Made by a program: the position numbers and the translations under genes
NCBI GenBank assembly: GCA_963724325.1
Contig: CAVRUH010000007.1
Span: forward strand, 96,001 to 160,000
Length of the DNA stretch: 64,000 nt
Origin: Waddliaceae bacterium
GTDB lineage: Bacteria > Chlamydiota > Chlamydiia > Chlamydiales > Waddliaceae
Reading direction: 5' to 3'
Notes under the pieces: generated by a model
Databases searched by the model: none
Seen by the model: the letters and a program-made list of their open reading frames with translations, nothing else
Told to the model about the DNA's origin: nothing
Shown here: piece after piece, positions 10,055 through 19,138 of the stretch
Layout of the letters: each line of letters opens with the position of its first letter
Position numbering within the stretch: the stretch's first letter is position 1

Positions 10055-10456
10055 TTATTCTTTAGGAGGGGAGCGCATTTCTTTCTTTGCAGAATGTCGA
10101 TGTTTTTCCTCGAGCATTTTTTCTTTTTGGCGACGTGTTCTTCGTTTTTTTTGCCGACGAATTTTTTCAAATTCTGATTGTTTTTCTGTTTTTATTTTGA
10201 GTATTTGTGATTCAATTTTTTCACATAGCAGGCGACGAGCTTGGAAGCGGTTGTCCTCGCGTGAACGGGACTTTTGGCATTTGACTTCGATGCCTGTGGG
10301 GATATGTTTAAGATAGACGCAACTGGAGGTTTTTTGAAGATTTTGGCCGCCGCGACCGGTACCCAGAATGAATTTCTCGATAAGGTCCTCGGCAGTTATG
10401 CCGAGGCCTTCCATTCTTTCGAGAAGTTCGTCCTGTTTATCTTTTTTTACTGTCAC
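10055..10456 (-). CDS. arfB: Peptidyl-tRNA hydrolase/ribosome rescue factor (RF-1 domain, ArfB-like)
   Basis: GTGRGGQN motif, HIPTGIEVKCQKSRS, basic C-terminal tail. Confidence 0.75.
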   Translation of the reverse strand: MTVKKDKQDELLERMEGLGITAEDLIEKFILGTGRGGQNLQKTSSCVYLKHIPTGIEVKCQKSRSREDNRFQARRLLCEKIESQILKIKTEKQSEFEKIRRQKKRRTRRQKEKMLEEKHRHSAKKEMRSPPKE

Positions 10457-11597
10457 TTTTTTTGATGGTCCTTAATTTAACCTTTGGCTTTACAGGTTTT
10501 TTCTTTACTGGAGCAGCCTTTTTGGTTTTTTTTGGGGGGGTAATTTTTCTCAGGGGTGTTTTTGGCTTTTCAGCATTTTTTGCTTTTACAGCAGGCTTTT
10601 TTGCTGGGGGAGGGGATTTTTTGACTTTTTTGGGTTTTTCTTCAAATTCCTCATCCTCATCTTCTTCATCATCATCGAAAAAGTCATCTTCTTCCAAGTC
10701 CTCGTCTTCGTCTTTGTCCATCCATTTGCTGGAAAGTTCGCGGAGGGTTGCAAGTTTTGCGTTGATGGATTCGATGCTTTCTCCGAATCCATGGCCATTG
10801 ATTGTTTTCTTATTAGCCATGAGGGCTTCTTTGGATTCAAACTTGGCTGAGAATGTTATGTCGGATGCACTTGAGATTTCGGGTGTATACAAAAAGGGTC
10901 TTGCGGCATTTGGTACGGTGACGAAGATATCAGTGGTAACATGAGGTTCGATTTCAAGTTTAAGTTGTTGTTTTGGAGGTCTTCCTCTTTTGGGGCGTGG
11001 GTTAAGGGCTTCATTTGAGTAGTAGGTCTTAGCTTTTGCGATCATTGCCTTGCGGGCGACTTCAATTTCTTTGGGAACTTTAGCTTCGAAAAGATTACGT
11101 TTGAGTTTTTCTATGAGGCTTGTAGTCATTTCGAGATCTTCTTCGAAGACGAAGTGAAAATTATTGCTTCGGAGCCATTCAATGATTCTAATTCTGGATC
11201 TTTCCTGATAAAACTGCTGCCATTTTTCGAGCTCGTGGAGGTGGTCATAAATAAATTCAATAAAGTGTTCACGGGCTTCTTTCGATTGAATGATATCAAG
11301 TAGTTTTTCTTTGGTGTCAATATCGTAAACTTTTTCATGAACGAAATTTTCCATGATTTTCTTCCCTTCGTAAAAGCTCATTTTGGGAATCATTAAATAG
11401 CGTTCTTTGTTTTTTTCGATATCTTTTTCGAGAGCGACGATTTCATCATTTGATTTATCGAGATCGACATAAATGATGAATCCTTCGATACGATCTATAT
11501 AGAAATCTCTTTCGTCATCTGATTTGGCAAAGGCATCCATCAGGCGATGACACCTGAGAAGTAGGGGGCCTTGAGCTTTTTTTTGCAATGTAGACAT
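10437..11597 (-). CDS. UPF0158 family protein (chlamydial CT429-like)
   Basis: LMDAFAKSDDERDFYIDRIEG, EALNPRPKRGRPPKQ; acidic then Lys-rich tail; synteny with dapF-clpP. Confidence 0.9.
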   Translation of the reverse strand: MSTLQKKAQGPLLLRCHRLMDAFAKSDDERDFYIDRIEGFIIYVDLDKSNDEIVALEKDIEKNKERYLMIPKMSFYEGKKIMENFVHEKVYDIDTKEKLLDIIQSKEAREHFIEFIYDHLHELEKWQQFYQERSRIRIIEWLRSNNFHFVFEEDLEMTTSLIEKLKRNLFEAKVPKEIEVARKAMIAKAKTYYSNEALNPRPKRGRPPKQQLKLEIEPHVTTDIFVTVPNAARPFLYTPEISSASDITFSAKFESKEALMANKKTINGHGFGESIESINAKLATLRELSSKWMDKDEDEDLEEDDFFDDDEEDEDEEFEEKPKKVKKSPPPAKKPAVKAKNAEKPKTPLRKITPPKKTKKAAPVKKKPVKPKVKLRTIKKSDSKKR

Positions 11598-11645
11598 GTT
11601 TATCCTATGGAATGATAATATAATGACAGTATAAAAGAAATGGAT

Positions 11646-12440
11646 CTAAATTGCAAACTCTCCGCGAAAAATAAAAGTTGCAGGTCCGGTTGATGTTACG
11701 TTATCAATGGATTCAAATCCAATTTCAATGGTTTCTCCGGAGCGAGTATTCACCTCCACGGGCGAAGGTATTCCGTATTTTTGGCTTGCGGCAATGGCAA
11801 CTGCTGTCGCACCAGTCCCGCACGCCATTGTTTCGGCTTCGACCCCTCGTTCATAGGTGCGCATCCATATTTGTTTTTCGCAAACGGTTGCAACATTGAA
11901 GTTTGTCCCCTTGGGTTGGAATTGGGGGTGGTGCCGAATTTTTGGACCAATTGTAGCTAAATCGACTTCCTCAATGTCCTTTACAAAGTGAACAGCATGG
12001 GGAACTCCGGTGTCGATATAATCGACCACAAATGGGATGCCTTCAACATTTACAGTGAGGTTTGTTTGGTGGTTTGATGCTCGTCCCATCCCGATTTTGA
12101 CTTTATTCTTTAAAAGTTCAATGATAATTTCTCGTTCTTTGGCTTCGATGCGAAATTTTTCTCCGAGAATATTTAGCTCTTTTAAGAATTTTCCATAACA
12201 ACGCATCCCATTTCCGCACATTTCGGCTTCGCTGCCGTCGGCATTGAAGATACGAACGCGGAAATCGGCTATTTTTGAATTTTCAAGGAGGATGATTCCA
12301 TCAGCACCGATGCCCTGGTGACGAGAGCACAGTTTTTTTATTATTTCCAGAGTGGGGGAAAACGACAGCTCTCGATTATCAATGAGAACGAAGTCGTTTC
12401 CGCATCCGGAGTATTTCGAAAAGTGAAATGTGGTCATCAT
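11646..12440 (-). CDS. dapF: Diaminopimelate epimerase
   Basis: [43 protein letters not shown]. Confidence 0.97.
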   Translation of the reverse strand: MMTTFHFSKYSGCGNDFVLIDNRELSFSPTLEIIKKLCSRHQGIGADGIILLENSKIADFRVRIFNADGSEAEMCGNGMRCYGKFLKELNILGEKFRIEAKEREIIIELLKNKVKIGMGRASNHQTNLTVNVEGIPFVVDYIDTGVPHAVHFVKDIEEVDLATIGPKIRHHPQFQPKGTNFNVATVCEKQIWMRTYERGVEAETMACGTGATAVAIAASQKYGIPSPVEVNTRSGETIEIGFESIDNVTSTGPATFIFRGEFAI

Positions 12441-13030
12441 TCGATTTCTTTAAAGGTGTTGACGATTCCATCGATTAGGCCATAGTCTTTGGCTTCATCG
12501 GCTGACATCCAGGTGTCACGGTCGATGGCTCTTTCGATAACTTTTGGGTCTTTCCCGGTACTTTCCACATAAATTTCAACGAGTTTTTGACGGGTTTTAA
12601 GGATTTCTTTTGCGTGAATATCCAGGTCAGTGGCTTGTCCTCTAATAACCCCCATATTTCTGGGTTGGTGAATCATGATTCGCGCGTTTGGTGTGGCAAA
12701 GCGTCTTCCTTTGTCAGCGCAGAGGCTTAGGACTGAGCCCATAGAGGCGGCAAGGCCAGTGATGAGAGTCGTGATGGGGGATTTGACCATTTTAACTTGG
12801 TCCCAGATGGCGAAGCCATCATCTACAGAGCCACCTGGGCTATTGATGACAAATAAAATCGGTTTACCAGGTTCTTTGAAGTCTAGGTACCAGAGCTTTC
12901 GGATGAAAGCCTCGGCGGTTTCGTTATCGATTTGGTCTGAGATGAATAAACGTCTATTCTCTAGAAGTGCTGCATCGATTCGGTCGTCAATTTTTACGAA
13001 GGGGACATCTTCTTTTGGTAGCTTTGCCAC
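12437..13030 (-). CDS. clpP: ATP-dependent Clp protease proteolytic subunit (ClpP1)
   Basis: [30 protein letters not shown]. Confidence 0.97.
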   Translation of the reverse strand: MAKLPKEDVPFVKIDDRIDAALLENRRLFISDQIDNETAEAFIRKLWYLDFKEPGKPILFVINSPGGSVDDGFAIWDQVKMVKSPITTLITGLAASMGSVLSLCADKGRRFATPNARIMIHQPRNMGVIRGQATDLDIHAKEILKTRQKLVEIYVESTGKDPKVIERAIDRDTWMSADEAKDYGLIDGIVNTFKEIE

Positions 13031-13138
13031 AGTTTTCTCCTATGATTGTGTCATTACCTTTAATTATGGATGGATCCGCACCTTTTTTCAAGCTTTATTC
13101 TTTGACAATTTTTCTTTTTCGAGGCAATATGCGGAAAT

Positions 13139-14296
13139 ATGATCTCAAAAGTATGTTTAATTACAGATTGGAATAGATACAACGAGCACCGCCATTTTAT
13201 TGCGAAATTGGTGGAGGCTCTTCGCCGTAAAGGTGTTGAGACCATGGTTGTTGACTCGGAACGTAAGCCGCTTAAGGCTGAGAATTTTTTTTCATTTGAA
13301 ACTAATCCTCCTGAATTTACTTGTTCGTTCAATAAGCTGGAAAAGACAAATACAGGTGAATTTATCTGGGATGTTTTTAAGTTGCCTCATGTTGCCTTTA
13401 CTTTGGAACCCTCGTTTTATTCCATTGATTTGATAAAAAGTAATTATTCGATTATTTCTTGCAGCGATCGTTTTGAGGCGGCTGCATTGCAAACTCAGTT
13501 TGCTCGGGTTTTTTTCTTTCCGCCTGGAATAGAGCAAGACATCGTCATTGATGACAAAGTTGAGCGAACCTATCCTGTGGTATTTTTTGGCAGTTGTTAC
13601 GATTATGAAGCGTATCAGAAAGATTGGGAAAAGAAGCTTCCTAAGGAGCTGTGGAAGGTGTTGGACTTCGCTATTGATCTAGTTTTTACGAACAATACGA
13701 TTTCATTGGCTGATGCTCTAGGAACGGCATGGGTGACTTCTCATTTGGATGTATCTTTGGGAAAGGAATACCTTCTAGTGATGTGTCATTATTTGCATCG
13801 GTACGTAAGTGGAAAAGATCGGGTGGAGCTCATTCGCAGTATCCGCGATGCGGAAGTGCACATTTTTGGAGCGGACATTCAAGAAGTGGGAAATGATGGA
13901 AAAGGGTGGGCAGAATATGTTGGGGATTGCCCGAATGTGAAGTTGCATGCTCCTGTTGATTTTTCTGACAGTTTGGATATCTTAAAACAGTCAAAGATTT
14001 GTTTGAATAGTACGCCTTCGAGTAGAAATGGAGCACATGCAAGAGTATTTGCGGGTGCAGCTTGCGGGGCTTTGGTGTTGTCAAGTGAGAGCCTTTATTT
14101 GCGCGAGACTCTTTCTGATGGGGAAGACATTCTTTATTATCGCTCCAAGCATTGGAACGATGTTAATGCCGTGATTAATGATTATTTGGCGGATGGCAAA
14201 AAATTGAATAAAGTTGCCAAAAGCGGTCGTAGCAAGGTCATGGAGCACCACACATGGGACCACCGTATCGAACTTCTCCAGCCTCTAGTCCCCTAG
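13139..14296 (+). CDS. Glycosyltransferase, CgeB/DUF3880-like
   Basis: VVFFGS, SKICLN, R.F...ACGALVLS, HHTWDHR C-terminal motif. Confidence 0.85.
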   Translation: MISKVCLITDWNRYNEHRHFIAKLVEALRRKGVETMVVDSERKPLKAENFFSFETNPPEFTCSFNKLEKTNTGEFIWDVFKLPHVAFTLEPSFYSIDLIKSNYSIISCSDRFEAAALQTQFARVFFFPPGIEQDIVIDDKVERTYPVVFFGSCYDYEAYQKDWEKKLPKELWKVLDFAIDLVFTNNTISLADALGTAWVTSHLDVSLGKEYLLVMCHYLHRYVSGKDRVELIRSIRDAEVHIFGADIQEVGNDGKGWAEYVGDCPNVKLHAPVDFSDSLDILKQSKICLNSTPSSRNGAHARVFAGAACGALVLSSESLYLRETLSDGEDILYYRSKHWNDVNAVINDYLADGKKLNKVAKSGRSKVMEHHTWDHRIELLQPLVP

Positions 14297-14312
14297 GGTG
14301 TGTTGCGGGGGA

Positions 14313-14450
14313 CATTTCATAAAACTTTTTCAATGCAAAGGAATAAAAGGCGCGAAGGCGCAAAGGAGGAATAGGTTGATGATTTAACCTCTTCCTCCTT
14401 TGCGCCTTCGGGCCTTTTATTCCTTTGCGTTGAAAAAGTTTTATGAAATG
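14313..14450. repeat. Long palindrome / MITE- or REPIN-like element (65-bp arms, 3 mismatches, 8-bp loop)
   Basis: CATTTCATAAAACTTTTTCAA..GCAAAGGAGGA.AGGTT and its reverse complement, between convergent genes. Confidence 0.85.
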
Positions 14451-14464
14451 CGATTTGCGTCCTA

Positions 14465-15403
14465 TCAATTTATCGCGATTAAATCTACGCACAAGGCATG
14501 GTACAGCAAGCCCTTTGAGCCGAGGCCTGTTATGACCCAGGTGCGGGCATCTACTTGTCTAACCACAGGATGATGGTCAAATGTTGCTGCTCTTATTCCT
14601 GCCCGGCAATCAATAATCCTTGCATTTGCCAAAGCTGGAATCATGGCAACATACTTCGGCCGCAATTCATCAAGCGCAGTCTTCAGATCAGGCCCCTCAT
14701 TTTCAAATTTTTTTTCAAAGGTGGCGCCGACAATGCAGCTTTTTTTGTCCGGATTCATCACAATATAGGCCTGTGAATTCACTGGAAAGGGGAGAGGCGG
14801 TAAATCTTGGGGCCACTCAAGCTCCAGCAACTGTCCTTTGATAGGATTCAATCGAATATCTGCAAGCTTTGATGCAGCCGCTCCATTCGCAATGATCACC
14901 TGATCAAATGAAGAGAGCTCATCAAGACTTTCTATATGCCTTTTTTCAAGAATTGCTCCTTCGCAGCTTTTCCAAAGGCCTTCTAGATAGGCTTTTGTGT
15001 TTACTGTCCAAGCTGATGAGATAAATATTCCTGGTCGAGACACTGTTCCAGGGACTAGTTCATTACATTTTTCGGCAGAACACCATTGCACATCGGGATA
15101 TTTTTGGGCACATAAAGCATAGTCTTCCGCTTGCCAACCGGTAAGTGCTAGCCTTAACATCCCTGATTGTGCAGCAACGGATGGTTCAAGCGATTTTATA
15201 AGCTTTAAAGTAGCTTCCATCCCTTCTTTCCCCATCCAATTGAGCTTGGAGTGTGCTCCGGCATAAGGGTGAAGAAGTCCTGCAGCAATGCCTGAGGGGC
15301 CGCCAGCTATCCCTTTGGGATCAAAAAGTGTGATTTCTTGATCTTTTAATCTCCATGCTGCAGCCACACCTGCCAGGCCTCCTCCGATGATTGCGATTTT
15401 CAT
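14465..15403 (-). CDS. FAD-dependent oxidoreductase (DAO/MnmC-like)
   Basis: KIAIIGGGLAG, SGIAAGLLHP, PIKGQ, GLGSKG. Confidence 0.88.
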   Translation of the reverse strand: MKIAIIGGGLAGVAAAWRLKDQEITLFDPKGIAGGPSGIAAGLLHPYAGAHSKLNWMGKEGMEATLKLIKSLEPSVAAQSGMLRLALTGWQAEDYALCAQKYPDVQWCSAEKCNELVPGTVSRPGIFISSAWTVNTKAYLEGLWKSCEGAILEKRHIESLDELSSFDQVIIANGAAASKLADIRLNPIKGQLLELEWPQDLPPLPFPVNSQAYIVMNPDKKSCIVGATFEKKFENEGPDLKTALDELRPKYVAMIPALANARIIDCRAGIRAATFDHHPVVRQVDARTWVITGLGSKGLLYHALCVDLIAIN

Positions 15404-16392
15404 AGTGGTATAATTTTCCAGCAGCGATGGATTTTTTGATTGTGGAAATCTACAGGAATTGTTTTTGCCGAAATATCAATGATCGTGCAAGGTTTAAATT
15501 GCTCAGCATCGAAATTGAATTTGCGAGAATTAGTGCTGAAAAATAAGATCCCGCCTGGAGAAAGCAGCTTAAGTCCCTTGGTGATGAGCGAAATGTAGTC
15601 GATTTGAATATCGAACATCTCTTCCATCTTTTTAGAGCGGGATATTGTCGGCGGATCGATCACAATGATATCGTATTTCTCTCCCGAACGGATTTCATCA
15701 TCTAGGAATTTAAGGCAATCTTCTCTAATGAATACATGATTATTGAGAGAGATGTTGTTGAGCGCGAAATTATCTTTCCCCCAAGCGATATAAGTGTTTG
15801 ACATATCGACACTTTTGGTGAAGGAGGCTCCGCCTAGAGCTGCATGAACACTAAAAGAGCAAGTGTAAGCAAATAGATTTAAGACCTTTTTGCCAGTAGA
15901 AAGTCCGCCTACCATTTTGCGGGTTTCCCGATGATCCAGAAACAAACCGGAGTCTAGATAGTCGTTGAGATTTATTTTAAATCGGATGCCATACTCAAGT
16001 ACATTAAAAAAGTCTTTAATTTCATCTACCTTCTCATATTGCTCGGTCTTTTTTCGCTTGATCCTTGTCCGCCAGTGGATTGTTTTGGGTTCTACATTAA
16101 AAATGGAACAAATGGCCTGCTCTGCTTCATCCTTGAGCTCAATAGGCGGTTCATCGCTATCCCTTGTACTAGTAAAAAACTGTACACAGAAACGACCATC
16201 GTAATAGTCAATCACAATAGGATATTCTTTAATGTCACGATCGTAAATGCGAAAACAATTCGTCACTGTCCGCTTTGCCCATTTCCGGACGTGGCGGTAG
16301 TTTTTTCTCATTCGATTTTTCAGAGGAGAACTCTTGTCCTCCCCATCAGAGATATCTGGTAATGTTACACTAGCTTCCATCATGCCAACCAT
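15400..16392 (-). CDS. Class I SAM-dependent rRNA methyltransferase (RlmK/RlmI-like)
   Basis: FRIYDRDI, DSGLFLDHR, LNLFAYT, VDMSNTY, IDPPT; the start may instead be 16383 or 16380. Confidence 0.88.
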   Translation of the reverse strand: MVGMMEASVTLPDISDGEDKSSPLKNRMRKNYRHVRKWAKRTVTNCFRIYDRDIKEYPIVIDYYDGRFCVQFFTSTRDSDEPPIELKDEAEQAICSIFNVEPKTIHWRTRIKRKKTEQYEKVDEIKDFFNVLEYGIRFKINLNDYLDSGLFLDHRETRKMVGGLSTGKKVLNLFAYTCSFSVHAALGGASFTKSVDMSNTYIAWGKDNFALNNISLNNHVFIREDCLKFLDDEIRSGEKYDIIVIDPPTISRSKKMEEMFDIQIDYISLITKGLKLLSPGGILFFSTNSRKFNFDAEQFKPCTIIDISAKTIPVDFHNQKIHRCWKIIPL

Positions 16393-18038
16393 TATACATC
16401 ATCGATGAATAAAAAAAACTTCCTATCTTTCTCCCATCCTGCCCATCCTGCCCCATCACTACTCAATTGGCAATTTTCATAAAGCATTTTCGGTGATATG
16501 CAATGCATGATTTTTACCTCGCCTTTGGTTATGATAATTTTTTCAACTATTAAACGCACTAGTTTTTGCTTCTCATTGAATGGCAAATCTGGAGCCGATT
16601 TTTTAACTCTTTCTAAAATACTTTCAAAAGCATGCTCCCAACCGGATCCTATTTCTTTCATAAGTTTTAAATTTAATCGTTCCTTTTTCTCGTTCTCAAG
16701 TTCGCCTCTTCTTTTTTCTAACCCCTGGGCTCTTTGACTTAGAGAAGTTAAATCTAATAAACCACTTTGATATGCATCTAAAAGTCGCTCTCGTTCTTTT
16801 ATAAGCTTTTCTAATTCTTTTCTCATCGAAATTTCCTGCCTCTCGATTTCCTCGATATTTCCGCTTTCCTTTTCTCTTCTTTTAAACTCTTCCTGCAACA
16901 TAAATGGATTTTGAAGCATTTGAATTATTTCATTATAGACCAAATCATCGAGCTCATCCTGCTGTATATATCCATTAGAACATTTTGGTATTTTATTATC
17001 CGAATGGCTTCGACAATGATAATAATTTTTACTTATTCCCTTATATCTTCTCATTCTTTTATAAAATTGACAACCACATTCGCCGCACGTGATTAATCCT
17101 TGAAGCAAGGAAGGTTCTTTGGTATTTCTTAAGGCTAATTCTTTATTTTTATTTATATATTCCTGTGCTGTTTCAAAATCACTTTCACTAATTATAATTG
17201 GAATATTTATCTCGTACCAAGAGTCTTCATTAGTTTTTTTTCGTGGATTTTTTGGCTTCAGCCGTCTTAAGCCTTTATAATGCCTTATTTTATCTATACC
17301 CTCATACTTTTCTGATTTACCATAGGCTGCAGTGCCTATATAAGCCTTATTTTTTAATATCCCTAAGATGGTTGCTGGAAACCAATAGGAATTTCCTTTT
17401 GGGCTTTTAATTTGGACCTCGCTCAACCTTCGACAAATTCCATTTAATGAAAGCCTCTCATGAACATATAAATAAAATATTTTTCTTACAACATTCGCGT
17501 CTGTTTCAACGATTTCAATCACCGTTTGACGTTCATTTTTTATCCTCTGATAGCCATATGGTAGCTTAGGAAGAATAGCTGGATCTCCGCTTTTTGCTTT
17601 ATGAATAGTACCTCGACGAGATCGATCTAATATTAATGCTCTTTCATATTCAGCAAAAATCCCCTGAAAATGAGTAAACATTATTGCTTCAGGAGTGTCA
17701 CCTTGAGGAACATTTCTAATGAAAAGAACCTTCACTCCACATCGTCGAAATTCATCTAACAAAATAAGTTGATGAGGATAATTTCTGGCTAACCTATCTG
17801 GTGCATAGATCAAAATCGCGTCGACAGACTCTGTTCGTATCAAATCTCGTAAATCATCTAAAGCAGGTCTTTGAAGACTTTGACCACTTATACCGTTATC
17901 AAGAAAAAGCCACGTTTCTGGAATTTGATATCCTTCTTTGAGTCCAAATTCTCGAAGAACCAATTCTTGACTTTCGATCGTTTCATCTTCTTTTTGCTTC
18001 TGTGAGGAGACTCTGGCATATATTGCGGCTTTCTTCAT
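16392..18038 (-). CDS. Large serine recombinase (resolvase + recombinase + Zn-ribbon + coiled-coil domains)
   Basis: AIYARVSS catalytic Ser, DNGISG, RPAL, DRLAR, PYGY, LLQGLITCGECG, YYHC..C; last 18 codons lie outside the element. Confidence 0.95.
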   Translation of the reverse strand: MKKAAIYARVSSQKQKEDETIESQELVLREFGLKEGYQIPETWLFLDNGISGQSLQRPALDDLRDLIRTESVDAILIYAPDRLARNYPHQLILLDEFRRCGVKVLFIRNVPQGDTPEAIMFTHFQGIFAEYERALILDRSRRGTIHKAKSGDPAILPKLPYGYQRIKNERQTVIEIVETDANVVRKIFYLYVHERLSLNGICRRLSEVQIKSPKGNSYWFPATILGILKNKAYIGTAAYGKSEKYEGIDKIRHYKGLRRLKPKNPRKKTNEDSWYEINIPIIISESDFETAQEYINKNKELALRNTKEPSLLQGLITCGECGCQFYKRMRRYKGISKNYYHCRSHSDNKIPKCSNGYIQQDELDDLVYNEIIQMLQNPFMLQEEFKRREKESGNIEEIERQEISMRKELEKLIKERERLLDAYQSGLLDLTSLSQRAQGLEKRRGELENEKKERLNLKLMKEIGSGWEHAFESILERVKKSAPDLPFNEKQKLVRLIVEKIIITKGEVKIMHCISPKMLYENCQLSSDGAGWAGWEKDRKFFLFIDDV

Positions 18039-18274
18039 GATGGAGCTCCTGATTGATGGATGACCGAATTGATATTGTGCTGTTGAGCAATATCGCTAAG
18101 CCCTTGATTAATTTTGCTCTTTGATTCCTCTGAGGGTGATATTCGAGTACAATTTTTTGGACTTTGATGCATTTTGACAATGTTCTGAGCCTTGTTTCGA
18201 GAAGAATATTTACCGATTGTACTTCTATCAAACATTTTCTCAAAACAAATTTTGCCAATTGAGTATTGATGGGG
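16451..18274 (-). mobile_element. Minimal serine-recombinase IS-like element (1,824 bp)
   Basis: TIRs CCCCATCACTACTCAATTGGCAA (16451-16473) and TTGCCAATTGAGTATTGATGGGG (18252-18274), 22/23 match; TG on both sides (16449-50, 18275-76); removing it restores a REP unit. Confidence 0.88.
18035..18235 (-). CDS. Small ORF upstream of the recombinase (ATGA overlap); an alternative frame 17983..~18180 is also open
   Basis: Stop codon overlaps the recombinase ATG; in frame with the recombinase across the predicted circle junction. Confidence 0.35.
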   Translation of the reverse strand: MFDRSTIGKYSSRNKAQNIVKMHQSPKNCTRISPSEESKSKINQGLSDIAQQHNINSVIHQSGAPS

Positions 18275-18550
18275 TGCCGCTTGCGATCATGCATATCCTG
18301 TTATTCCCTAAGGAAACAGGATATGCATGATCGCAAGCGGCAGGATATGAAGGATAGGAAGAAAATAGGAAGAAAATAAAAGGTAAATAAAAAGGCAGTT
18401 TAAACATATAACTATCCTCTCTTTTCCCTTCTTATCCTTCGTATCCTGCCGCTTGCGATCATGCATATCCTGTTATTCCCTAAGGAAACACGATACGCAT
18501 GATCGCAAGCGGCATGATGGGCAGGATGGGCAGGATGGGAAGAAGATGTA
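18275..18550. repeat. BIME/REP-like mosaic: two ~70-bp palindromic units plus CATCCTGCC / GGCAGGATG flanks (left flank displaced to 16411-16450)
   Basis: TGCCGCTTGCGATCATGCATATCCTG-ttattccctaaggaaa-CAGGATATGCATGATCGCAAGCGGCA at ~18275-18342 and again at ~18447-18514. Confidence 0.88.
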
Positions 18551-18595
18551 AAAAAAAGTGGATAGTAGATATTGCATTGGTGTATAGTGTTGAAC

Positions 18596-19138
18596 ATGAA
18601 GAAAGATAACAATATTCGCAATTTGCTTGGTGTCCTCGGGGCTGCAGTCTTCGGAGCCTGCTTGCTAAGCTATTTACTGGTAGTCAATTTTGGACCTTCC
18701 GGCAGATACAAAGTAGCCAATATCCTCCTCGAACCTATAATCGCTGAAAAAGTTGACTTTTACGATGGTAAATCGCGCTATATTTTTCAACGATTTGAAT
18801 TCCTCTATTTTGACCAGACAACAAATAAATGGGATCGCGAACAGCTTTCCGAAGATCAATATAAGAAAATTTATGCGATCATCAAGAGCGAACTAAGCGT
18901 TTTATCTGTAACTGACGAGGTACGCGGCATGTTCAGCCAAACAAATCCAGCGATTTTATCAATCGTCGTCCGTAATGAATCCAAAGAAAATACAAAGTCA
19001 TTGCAAGAAATGCAAATTGCCGATCATGGTGACTATTACCGTATCCTTTTAAGAGATGACTCACCCACGCCAAACTGGGTCTATTTTTACCATCCTCAAA
19101 TTCTCGAACAAATGAAGCATGCAATCAAAAATGAGTAG
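18596..19138 (+). CDS. Hypothetical protein with N-terminal membrane anchor
   Basis: ATG at 18596; single TM helix; overlaps the next gene. Confidence 0.7.
   Translation: MKKDNNIRNLLGVLGAAVFGACLLSYLLVVNFGPSGRYKVANILLEPIIAEKVDFYDGKSRYIFQRFEFLYFDQTTNKWDREQLSEDQYKKIYAIIKSELSVLSVTDEVRGMFSQTNPAILSIVVRNESKENTKSLQEMQIADHGDYYRILLRDDSPTPNWVYFYHPQILEQMKHAIKNE

Noticed and set aside
10462..10944. 160-aa plus-strand ORF and similar antisense ORFs (e.g. 1284..1658, 12675..13142, 38428..38868, 44942..45376)
   Set aside because: Shadows of well-supported genes on the opposite strand or frame, often caused by low-complexity codon patterns
16451..18274. Hybrid sigma70 promoter formed at the circle junction
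   Set aside because: The best pair (TTGAGT ... AATACT) has a 19-bp spacer and a weak -10; not supportable
18275..18550. Two ~70-bp palindromic direct repeats as CRISPR
   Set aside because: Only two units, too long, and the spacer is itself a purine/pyrimidine inverted structure; REP/BIME-like instead
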